DNA of 64,000 nucleotides from Minisyncoccota bacterium (GCA_041659205.1 JBAZYS010000002.1:1627-65626), one strand, 5' to 3'. Counted from the stretch's first letter, positions 56,928 to 64,000 are shown. The notes: generated by a model not told the origin, from the letters alone. Numbers and translations: made by a program.

Positions 56928-58541
56928 TCAGGCTCCGGCCTTGCGATCGGGTCCCTTGCCCGATCTCACCCCATGCTTCTCGTGAAGCTTTGCGACTTCT
57001 TCTTCTTCAAGCTCTTCTTTTTTCTCTTTTCCACGTAGGCCGAGGACTTTGAGCTCAGCATCACCAAGCATATTTAATGATTTTACTAATCCAGATAAAT
57101 GACTTACCGTATTTTTCTCTGGCGCATCCAAAACTTCCTCTAAAAGAGCGTTTAAAATCCAGCCCATTCTAGGTCCAGGAGTAATTCCCAGCTCTTTAAT
57201 CATATATTCTCCATTAATCTTCAGTTGTCCCACAGAAATAGGGTCACGAAGAGCTTCTTCTATCATCGCGAAGTATTTTCTTAGCCGATAAGGTGCTTCT
57301 TTTTTATTCATTCCTACCCTATCGCACTCACGGACATTCATCAATGTCCAAATATTTTCTTTACCAACTTTCACAACAATTCTTCGCACCGCAGAAAGCG
57401 TAATTAATTCAGTGTCCGAAAAAAACATATGCATACGCACAAGTTTTTCCACAAGATCAATTTCTTTTTTAGGGAATTTTAATCTCTCCATTATTTTTTT
57501 TCCCATCCTTGCGCCAATAACTTCATGACCATAAAAAGTATATTTCTTTTTTCCAGAACCCGCCTCTGCAAGCCTTCTGGATCTAGGTTTTCCAATATCA
57601 TGGAAAAGAGCAGAAAGCCTTATTTCTAAAGGCCAATTTTTGTCTGTAGCATGCTGCAAAGCATGCAGTAAATGATTCCAAACATCATAGATATGCTCAC
57701 CGGATTGTTCACATCCGATTCCCTCTTCCAGCTCTGGAATAATATTTTTTAATAAATTAAATTTCTGCAACATTACAATTCCACTTGCAGAATTTGGTGA
57801 CATAATTATTTTTACAAACTCATCACGAATTCTTTCTTCCGATATTTTTTTTAACAATTCAGAATTTTTTAAAATACTTTCCATCGTCTCATGTTCTACA
57901 GAAAAATTTAATTGGCAAGAGAAACGGACAGCCCTCAGCATTCGAAGAGCATCTTCTGTAAAACGGTCATCTGGGTTTCCTACTGCTTTTAAACTCTTGT
58001 CCTTAATGTCCTTTAGGCCATCAAACAGGTCAATTAACTGTCCTTTAGACTTGCCCGCCGAATTGGAGGGATTTAAGGCTAAGGCATTAACAGTGAAATC
58101 CCTTCTTTTTAGGTCATCTTCCAGCTTATCACTGAATTTTACCTCGTCAGGATGCCTAAAATCACTATATTTTGTCTCAGTTCTATATGGTGTAACCTCA
58201 ATTATCTTATATTCTGATGTTCCATGTGAAACATCATCCAATGGTGTTTCACGAGAAACGTTATTGGAAAGTGTTTCGCATGGAACACCTGCCTGCGCAG
58301 GCAGGCACACCCCTACTGTCCCGAAGGTATTCTCATAGACCGTCTTTTCAAAAAGGCTAATTATCTGCTCTGGCTTGGCGTTAGTTGTAATGTCCCAATC
58401 CTTTGGTTCCTTGTCCATCAAAAGATCTCGGACACATCCACCGACAAGGTACACCTCAAAACCAGCTTTCTCTAATGTAACTGTTACATGTGAAACTTCC
58501 TTAGGAATTTTCGCTATTAAATTTTTAATTGTTAAGTCCAC
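56928..58541 (-). CDS. cca: CCA-adding enzyme / tRNA nucleotidyltransferase with an HD domain; GTG start 8 nt after tRNA-Gly
   Basis: GGCVRDLLMDKEPKDWD ... TEDALRMLRAVRF ... HD motif. Carries an in-frame roughly 30 aa insertion encoded by palindromic repeats at 58218-58305. Confidence 0.8.
   Translation of the reverse strand: MDLTIKNLIAKIPKEVSHVTVTLEKAGFEVYLVGGCVRDLLMDKEPKDWDITTNAKPEQIISLFEKTVYENTFGTVGVCLPAQAGVPCETLSNNVSRETPLDDVSHGTSEYKIIEVTPYRTETKYSDFRHPDEVKFSDKLEDDLKRRDFTVNALALNPSNSAGKSKGQLIDLFDGLKDIKDKSLKAVGNPDDRFTEDALRMLRAVRFSCQLNFSVEHETMESILKNSELLKKISEERIRDEFVKIIMSPNSASGIVMLQKFNLLKNIIPELEEGIGCEQSGEHIYDVWNHLLHALQHATDKNWPLEIRLSALFHDIGKPRSRRLAEAGSGKKKYTFYGHEVIGARMGKKIMERLKFPKKEIDLVEKLVRMHMFFSDTELITLSAVRRIVVKVGKENIWTLMNVRECDRVGMNKKEAPYRLRKYFAMIEEALRDPISVGQLKINGEYMIKELGITPGPRMGWILNALLEEVLDAPEKNTVSHLSGLVKSLNMLGDAELKVLGLRGKEKKEELEEEEVAKLHEKHGVRSGKGPDRKAGA
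58218..58305. repeat. Composite palindromic insertion inside cca: three 14 bp palindromes (GTTCCATGTGAAAC, GTTTCACGAGAAAC, GTTTCGCATGGAAC) with 27-28 bp phasing, then the 18 bp perfect palindrome CCTGCCTGCGCAGGCAGG
   Basis: Read directly from the sequence. Translates in frame as ...CLPAQAGVPCETLSNNVSRETPLDDVSHGTSE. Confidence 0.7.
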
Positions 58542-58549
58542 CTATTTAG

Positions 58550-58620
58550 TGCGGCTAGGGAGAATCGAACTCCCGTCTCATCCTTGGCAAGGACGTGTTC
58601 TACCACTAAACCATAACCGC
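58550..58620 (-). tRNA. tRNA-Gly (GCC); CCA not encoded
   Basis: Manual cloverleaf: acceptor GCGGTTA/TAGCCGC, anticodon loop TTGCCAA, T-arm GGGAGTTCGATTCTCCC. Confidence 0.8.
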
Positions 58621-58796
58621 TAGTTATTTCTAATAAAAACGACCCAAATATAACAACAGAGTCATATTTAAAGTAAATCATTTTTAACTTATCAATTATA
58701 GTATTAAATTTAACTTATTGCAATTTTAGGATATATGCTTATAAAATAAGGGGGTTTTGATAATTTTAAAATATGATGTATAATCAAAAGCAATAT

Positions 58797-58868
58797 GCAC
58801 CCGTAGTGAAATGGATATCACAACAGTCTTCGGAACTGTCGTTGGGGGTTCGAATCCCTCCGGGTGCA
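58797..58868 (+). tRNA. tRNA-Arg (TCG)
   Basis: Acceptor GCACCCG/CGGGTGC, anticodon stem ACAGT/ACTGT with loop CTTCGGA, T-arm GGGGGTTCGAATCCCTC. An extended -10 box (TGTATAAT) lies 14 nt upstream. Confidence 0.75.
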
Positions 58869-59079
58869 CAATATTTGCAAATTAATAATATAAAATCTGT
58901 CCTTTACTTAAAGCTTTGTTATACAAGGATTTTAGTGAAATATATACCAAAATGTGGATAACTATGTGAGTAATGTTTATAAAGGACACGTCTAGAAGTT
59001 GTCTTTAAGCACTAATTTTGTTAAAATATGCTTATAAAATATGGACATTTTAGTAAAAGACACAAAAATTCATCAAAAT

Positions 59080-59120
59080 GTTTCACGTGAAACGAAAATA
59101 GACGATGTTCCATGTGAAAC
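59080..59120. repeat. Two 14 bp palindromes (GTTTCACGTGAAAC perfect; GTTCCATGTGAAAC) with 27 bp phasing, upstream of yraN
   Basis: Same family as the array inside cca. A further copy, GTTTCTCGTGAAAC, at 59309-59322 lies inside yraN. Confidence 0.7.
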
Positions 59121-59530
59121 CCATTAAAATGCCTAAAGTTTTTACATCTAACACACAAAAAACTGGAGAAATTGGAGAAAATATAGCTGCAAAGTTTCTC
59201 ATGAAACATGGTTTTTCAATTCTAGATAGAAACTATACAAAAAAATGGGGTGAAATTGATATAGTCGCCGAAAAAGCCTGCAGACTATATTTCATTGAAG
59301 TTAAAAGCGTTTCTCGTGAAACGCTGAGCAATGAGACATTGAATAGTTATAGGCCAGAAGATAATATGCACCCCTGGAAACTTAAACGCTTGTCACGGAC
59401 AATCCAAACATACCTTCTGTCAGAAAAAGTCTCAGATGAAAAGGAATGGCAAGTAGATTTATTGGTAGTGTTTCTTGATACAAAAAACAAAAAAGCAAAA
59501 ATAAAAGTAGTCAGTGATATTATTTTATGA
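59105..59530 (+). CDS. yraN: YraN/UPF0102 family endonuclease (start may be the Met at 59129)
   Basis: GEIGENIAAKFLMKHGFSILDRNYTKKWGEIDIVAEK...YFIEVKS: the UPF0102 pattern. Confidence 0.65.
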   Translation: MFHVKPIKMPKVFTSNTQKTGEIGENIAAKFLMKHGFSILDRNYTKKWGEIDIVAEKACRLYFIEVKSVSRETLSNETLNSYRPEDNMHPWKLKRLSRTIQTYLLSEKVSDEKEWQVDLLVVFLDTKNKKAKIKVVSDIIL

Positions 59531-59552
59531 TATACTCGAAAAGCTTTAAGAG

Positions 59553-59626
59553 CGGGCTGTAGTATACCGGTAGTACAAGTGCTTTGGGAGCATTTAGACT
59601 GGGTTCAATTCCCAGCAGCCCGACCA
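59553..59626 (+). tRNA. tRNA-Pro (TGG) with encoded CCA
   Basis: Acceptor CGGGCTG/CAGCCCG, anticodon loop TTTGGGA, T-arm CTGGGTTCAATTCCCAG, 3' ACCA. Confidence 0.75.
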
Positions 59627-59640
59627 GGTGAGTAAATAAG

Positions 59641-59711
59641 CGGGATTAGTTTAATGGTAAAACGTCAGTTTTCCAAACTGAGGTTGGGAGTTCGATTCTC
59701 CCATCCCGCAC
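59641..59711 (+). tRNA. tRNA-Gly (TCC)
   Basis: Acceptor GCGGGAT/ATCCCGC, anticodon stem TCAGT/ACTGA with loop TTTCCAA, T-arm GGGAGTTCGATTCTCCC. Confidence 0.75.
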
Positions 59712-60461
59712 ATGATTTTCACTTATTTATATGCATTTGCGAGCGTTATAATAGTTAGTCTTATCTCTTTAGTTGGAGTTATTTCGCTATCTCTTAAAGA
59801 GGAAACTTTGAGAAAATATATTAGTTTATTTATCAGCCTTGCCGTTGGGGCACTTCTCGGAGATGCATTTATTCACATAGTGCCAGTAGCATTTAAAAGT
59901 TCTCCAAACTCTAATCTTCCAAGCCTATTAATCATCGCAGGAATTCTTTTATTCTTTATAATTGAAAAGTTTTTTCACTGGCACCATCACGGAGAAGATA
60001 AAGAAGAAGCTCATATTCACCCAGTAGGGAAGTTATTACTCTTCACAGATAGTTTTCATAATTTCTTAGATGGTGTGATCATCGGTGTAAGTTTCCTAGT
60101 CAGTGTTCCTGTCGGCATCGCCACCACAATAGCTGTAATTTTACATGAAATTCCTCAAGAGATAGGCGACTTTGCTGTCCTTGTTCATTCTGGTTATTCA
60201 GTCAAAAAAGCAATCTGGCTTAATTTTATTTCTGCCCTCGCTGCTATTTTGGGACTTATAGTTGCTCTAATCTTTGGCAACGTAGCTGCTGCTTTCTCTT
60301 TGTGGACTCTCCCAATTGCTGCTGGTGGATTTATTTATATTGCAGTCGCTGATCTAATCCCAGAACTTCAAAAGACAAAAGAAGCTAAATATTCTCTCCT
60401 ACAAATCCTCGCAGTCGTCATTGGAATTCTAGCTATGCTTGCTTTAACCTTACTTGAATAA
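59712..60461 (+). CDS. zupT: ZIP-family divalent metal transporter
   Basis: HEIPQEIGDFAVL motif and eight TM helices. The ATG immediately follows tRNA-Gly(TCC). Confidence 0.75.
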   Translation: MIFTYLYAFASVIIVSLISLVGVISLSLKEETLRKYISLFISLAVGALLGDAFIHIVPVAFKSSPNSNLPSLLIIAGILLFFIIEKFFHWHHHGEDKEEAHIHPVGKLLLFTDSFHNFLDGVIIGVSFLVSVPVGIATTIAVILHEIPQEIGDFAVLVHSGYSVKKAIWLNFISALAAILGLIVALIFGNVAAAFSLWTLPIAAGGFIYIAVADLIPELQKTKEAKYSLLQILAVVIGILAMLALTLLE

Positions 60462-60701
60462 AGTTTAACAATCATACTAAGATAAAATCTCCTTATTTAT
60501 ATAGTTATTTTTTAATATCTATTTGACATTTCAAATTTAGCATGCTATATTTTGTACCTACAAATATAGTTCTTTAAAATTTATTTTTGACCATTTCGGC
60601 AAAGGGTGCAGGACGTTTTATAAAAAATATCATCGTGCATCATTTGCCGAAATGGCATCTCGCTACGTGAAGTAGTATGAGATTTTTCCCAGGAGGGAAA
60701 C

Positions 60702-61340
60702 ATGAAAGTTACAATCAAACGCGGAATAGGACAGCCGGGCAAGCTCTGGACAGGGTCCAGGGACTTTTTCCCTGGGGCAGACCTGTTCATCCCCGGCTTG
60801 GAACACACTTCTCTCGGCAAAGCAGAGGGCTTCGGCGACAGAGTTGTCGAAGTCAATATCATCGAAAACTGGTCAGTGTCAGGGGCCACCACGCGTCGTC
60901 TCTGGGTTGTAAACAGAGAAGTCACGTTCACGCCTGAAGAAGCTGCTTTGGCTCCCGTCCTTTACATTGGGACCGGCGGGGTCGGCTCATTGCCTGACCC
61001 GAGCGCAGGACTACGGGAAGAGGATTTGGCTCTCCTGAAGGTAGCTTTATGGAACTGGTCGGGGAGGATCGGCGGCTTTGCCATTCTCAATCCCATCACC
61101 GTTCTCTCAGGATATTACAGCCAAAGTGATCTACGTGATCTACCCAAGGTCACGGAGGAATTCAAGTGGGTTCAGACATATGCTGGGAACGTTGTTTCAG
61201 AATATGTCTTGCTGGAGTTCCGGGGAGGAAACCTCCATCCTAGACACATACCGCCATTCACCATCTGGCCGAAAGCAACCTTGTCACCTCCTGAAAAGAA
61301 AAGATTGGAGGAGACTTTTCGACGAGGAATTCGGAAATAA
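60702..61340 (+). CDS. Hypothetical protein (212 aa) of the GC-rich insertion; no recognisable motif
   Basis: ORF with GC-rich codon usage and SD AGGAGGG 6 nt upstream. The overlapping alternative-frame ORFs are artefacts of the GC content. Confidence 0.5.
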   Translation: MKVTIKRGIGQPGKLWTGSRDFFPGADLFIPGLEHTSLGKAEGFGDRVVEVNIIENWSVSGATTRRLWVVNREVTFTPEEAALAPVLYIGTGGVGSLPDPSAGLREEDLALLKVALWNWSGRIGGFAILNPITVLSGYYSQSDLRDLPKVTEEFKWVQTYAGNVVSEYVLLEFRGGNLHPRHIPPFTIWPKATLSPPEKKRLEETFRRGIRK

Positions 61341-61375
61341 TTAGTGATATCGTTCGGGGGTCGCAATGTGGCCCC

Positions 61376-61428
61376 CAGCTGTTTCGAGATGTGTATCTCG
61401 ACTGATGAGTCCTAAAGGACGAAACAGA
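61376..61428 (+). ncRNA. Type III hammerhead ribozyme
   Basis: cugu-U|UCGAGA-ugugua-UCUCGA-CUGAUGA-GUCC-uaaa-GGAC-GAAA-caga. All 11 invariant core nucleotides are present; helix I is 6 bp, helix II 4 bp with a UAAA loop, helix III 4 bp and open, with the A15.1-U16.1 pair. Predicted cleavage after U61383 (GUU triplet). Confidence 0.6.
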
Positions 61429-61445
61429 AAATTCCAATTAGAAAA

Positions 61446-61484
61446 ACAGCCCCGTCACTCACGAGTGACGGGGCTGTTTTATTT
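61446..61484 (+). terminator. Strong rho-independent terminator after the hammerhead
   Basis: CAGCCCCGTCACTC-ACGA-GTGACGGGGCTG followed by TTTTATTTT. Confidence 0.8.
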
Positions 61485-61498
61485 TATATAAATTTATT

Positions 61499-62617
61499 TT
61501 AATTTGCCCAAGACCAGTCTGTGCCTGGATTTTTAGCATTGAAAACTTCAAAGTGGATGTGGGGTCCAGTTGAATGCCCCGTAGAGCCCACGAGGCCGAT
61601 AACTTCTCCCTGAGTGACCTCTGCACCAGTGTGGGTAATTACTTTACTCATGTGAGCGTAGAGAGTTTTAGTACCATTTGGGTGTTGAACGATTACCATA
61701 TTCCCATATCCTCCACTCCAGCCTGTTTTTGCAATAAGTACTACTCCTGAAGCAGAAGCATAAATCGGTGTACCTATCGGTGCTCCAATATCTATTCCAC
61801 GGTGTCCTGGACCATGGAGACCTTGAGTTTTCCTAATTCTAGGACCGGTAGGCAAAGGGTCTATAAAGTACCCGGAAACGCTTTGGATTGGATGTGTAGC
61901 ATAATAATTTTTATCTTTCGCAACAGCTGAACCGAGGTTTGCGGCAGGCTTGTCGCCTCCTTCATCAATCATTTCGCCCCCAGGAATCATAATCTTATCT
62001 CCAATAGCAAGCTTGGTATCTTCATCAAAACCGTTAAACTGAATGATATCTGATGCATCTACTTTATAAAGAGCGGCAATCCCTTTCAATGTCTGTCCTT
62101 TTTTGACTGTATGCTCTGTTCCAGATATAGGCAAAATAAATAGCACATCACCCTCTACGAGTTTTGTGCCTTTCTTTAAATCATTCGCTGACAAAACAGT
62201 ACTGACTGAAACTTCAAATAACTTAGCAATTGAAGCAACAGTATCACCTTTTCTGACTACATAGACACTTGTGTCTTCTGGAGAAACATCTGGAATATCC
62301 TTTCCATCAGATACACCCAGCGGACCAGTTGCAGGGACAAGGGAATTGTTGGAAACAATATTGGAATTGGAATTTGTATCAGTATTGCTCTTTCTATCTT
62401 CAACTATTGAAGCGGAAGAAACATTAGCCTGCAAAAGGGCTATATTTTGAGAGTTGCTACCTATTTTAGGAAGACTTACTGTATTTGGACTTGTTTCGGC
62501 ATAAGCCTGGTCCCCGACAAAGAGAGAAGAGAAGGAAGAGAAGAAATCTGCCTGCACTTTTCGGGTAGGCACAAGAAGAGTCCCAAACAACAACGTAAAG
62601 GCTAGAAAAGATCTCAA
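61499..62617 (-). CDS. Secreted LysM-LysM-M23 peptidoglycan endopeptidase
   Basis: Signal peptide, two LysM repeats (YVVRKGDTVASIAKLF, HTVKKGQTLKGIAALY) and M23 motifs (HRGIDIGAP ... GSTGHSTGPHIHFEV). Confidence 0.8.
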   Translation of the reverse strand: MRSFLAFTLLFGTLLVPTRKVQADFFSSFSSLFVGDQAYAETSPNTVSLPKIGSNSQNIALLQANVSSASIVEDRKSNTDTNSNSNIVSNNSLVPATGPLGVSDGKDIPDVSPEDTSVYVVRKGDTVASIAKLFEVSVSTVLSANDLKKGTKLVEGDVLFILPISGTEHTVKKGQTLKGIAALYKVDASDIIQFNGFDEDTKLAIGDKIMIPGGEMIDEGGDKPAANLGSAVAKDKNYYATHPIQSVSGYFIDPLPTGPRIRKTQGLHGPGHRGIDIGAPIGTPIYASASGVVLIAKTGWSGGYGNMVIVQHPNGTKTLYAHMSKVITHTGAEVTQGEVIGLVGSTGHSTGPHIHFEVFNAKNPGTDWSWAN

Positions 62618-62975
62618 TATTTTACTAACATTTTTATTTTGAGGTTTTATAAAACAAACTAAATGTCGCGAGATTTCCTTTTCTAGCCTTATAAAATAAG
62701 GGTAGAATTACAGGACGACCATAGTACTGCAAACTGGATTTTCTCACGATGGTTACTGTCACCTCTAGATTTCAGTCGACTTGCTCTGTACCTCTCTTCA
62801 GGAACTACCCCTTCAAGATAGCTCAAAAAGGGCCAAAAGTCAATCTGACCACCCCCTCCTGTGGATAACTTCCATTCATTACAAAATTGACAAAATAGTT
62901 TAAAAGTAGTATAATTATAGTATCTTTCAATAAAAAATTAGGTTTAAAAACTAAAAACTATATAATATAAATACC

Positions 62976-64000
62976 ATGAACGAGAAAATAAAAGGACCAC
63001 CAGCTCCACCTAGACGAAAACCAATAAAAGGAGGAAAACTCGAGGATTACCTAGAAGATGAGGATGATGGATCTATTGCTCCGACAGAACCAACACAGCC
63101 AGAAGGTTCCAATACACCTACAGAACCAGCCCCAATAGATATTTCTGATAATCCCACAGAACCAATCCCTATAATGCTAAAATCTACCCAACGAATTACA
63201 AAGCTTAATTCTCCTAAAAAACCTGATTCTCCTAAAAAAGACAGACATAAAATAGCAACAGAGATTTTTGGGCAACCTTCTTCTGGAGATGATAATTTAG
63301 AAGTGATGATGGCAAAATGGAAAGAAGAAAGAAAAGGGAAGTCTCCTGCTAAAACAAACGCATCAAAAAAAACACAAAAAATAGATTTATCCAGCCCCCC
63401 CAAGAAACTTGAACCCAGAGAAGGCGTCGCTCATACAATAGCGAAACTAGAAAAAAGTATAAAACTATTAAAAGAACAACGTAGAGAAATCGAAGAAGAT
63501 TATACTTTACCAACTAATGAAAAAGAACAAAAACTTGATAAGCTCGAAGGACAATTAGAAGATTATAGCTTAGAACTAGAAGAACAAAAAAGACTCGCAG
63601 AGGGTAGTATTTTAAAATCTCCTGCAGCAAATATTGGGACCCAGGAACAAGTCATTAATGAAATTGCAGAATTGCTAAAAAATAATCGCATTAACCAAGT
63701 TGTCATCCATGGCCAGAAAAAAATAATAGAACAGGATAGGATAAAAAATGAAGTTCTGACATTTGATTCAGATTTAGATGCGAGAACTGCATTGTTTTTA
63801 TTAAATGAATACAATAAAAAATCGCTAGAAGAAACATATGAAAAAGATGCTGTAACTTCTCTAGTTCCTAAAGGAGGTTCTGAAAAGAATTTAACAGAAA
63901 AAAAGAAAGGGCTTAAAATTTTTATAGACGTTGGTGGTAACTGGTTGAGTATTGAAAAAGATAACGAAACAACAACGATTCACATTGACCACCATGGAAC
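62976..64000 (+). CDS. DHH-family phosphoesterase-like protein with a long low-complexity N-terminal extension (partial; runs off the window end)
   Basis: Manual translation is open from the ATG at 62976 to the window edge. VVIHGQ...DSDLDARTALFLL resembles DHH motif I (compare RecJ LVHGDFDADGMTSTALL), followed by IFIDVGG and IHIDHHGT. Confidence 0.4.
   Translation, partial: MNEKIKGPPAPPRRKPIKGGKLEDYLEDEDDGSIAPTEPTQPEGSNTPTEPAPIDISDNPTEPIPIMLKSTQRITKLNSPKKPDSPKKDRHKIATEIFGQPSSGDDNLEVMMAKWKEERKGKSPAKTNASKKTQKIDLSSPPKKLEPREGVAHTIAKLEKSIKLLKEQRREIEEDYTLPTNEKEQKLDKLEGQLEDYSLELEEQKRLAEGSILKSPAANIGTQEQVINEIAELLKNNRINQVVIHGQKKIIEQDRIKNEVLTFDSDLDARTALFLLNEYNKKSLEETYEKDAVTSLVPKGGSEKNLTEKKKGLKIFIDVGGNWLSIEKDNETTTIHIDHHG

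Larger units (their letters stand above)
60588..61490 (+). other. GC-rich (about 55%) insertion flanked by the 10 bp direct repeat AATTTATTTT (60578-60587 and 61491-61500); contains a 13 bp inverted-repeat hairpin, an SD-led ORF, a hammerhead ribozyme and a terminator
   Basis: Abrupt compositional shift from the roughly 33% GC flanks, a canonical AGGAGGG SD unlike host genes, and the direct repeats at both edges. Confidence 0.5.

Noticed and set aside
58218-59120. Possible CRISPR array (regularly spaced palindromic repeats)
   Set aside because: The repeats are 14 bp with 13 nt spacers and only 2-3 units per array. That is far below CRISPR repeat and spacer lengths, no cas genes are nearby, and two arrays lie inside coding sequence.
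60581-60937. ORFs 60581-60931 (minus) and 60677-60937 (plus) overlapping the 212 aa ORF
   Set aside because: They are alternative-frame open stretches produced by the high GC content of the island. The 60702-61340 frame has the SD and the longest ORF.
62618-62975. RNase P RNA, SRP RNA, tmRNA or 6S RNA in the large 358 nt gap and in other gaps
   Set aside because: No P4-type RNase P motifs, no SRP domain IV motif and no tmRNA tag or 3' tRNA-like end were recognised. The gap is better explained as a divergent promoter region with a long leader. A riboswitch was not excluded.

Overview
This 64 kb window comes from a low-GC (about one-third GC), gene-dense bacterial chromosome. Its style is compatible with a small-genome monoderm such as a Patescibacteria/CPR-like organism; that is inference only. 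Most host genes appear leaderless, with a TATAAT-like -10 box 6-14 nt upstream of the ATG and no Shine-Dalgarno. Recognisable genes include glyA (partial), sodA, a ComEC encoded as two separate genes, rnhA, recJ, pgk, tpiA, a type IV pilus operon (pilB, pilC, three prepilin-type pilins), nusA, a membrane pyrophosphatase, tig, clpP, rny, hup, lexA, comM, two NUDIX genes, an ahcY / P-loop kinase / metK cluster, cfa, a histidine kinase, pnp, rpsO, a Xer-like recombinase, xth, murI, cca, yraN, a ZIP transporter, an M23/LysM peptidase and four tRNAs. Features not explained by this gene content: (1) a structured intergenic element family of about 85 nt, with at least 7 full and 2 degenerate copies, all on the + strand and with compensatory stem changes, making it a candidate novel ncRNA/repeat family; (2) a 0.9 kb GC-rich insertion flanked by a 10 bp direct repeat, carrying a Shine-Dalgarno-led orphan ORF followed by a consensus type III hammerhead ribozyme and a terminator; (3) a second GC-rich island at 21.6-24.0 kb encoding a lipobox lipoprotein and an outer-membrane beta-barrel-like protein, both with strong Shine-Dalgarno sites; (4) two palindromic families, an 18 bp GC palindrome and a 14 bp GTTTCNCGNGAAAC palindrome in 27 bp-phased arrays, that also occur in frame inside rnhA, cca and yraN; (5) two tandem giant Cys-rich surface-protein paralogs with a 199 bp identical 3' end; (6) a LexA (Cheo-type) operator inside a canonical promoter; and (7) a DnaA-box-like motif shared by two promoters.
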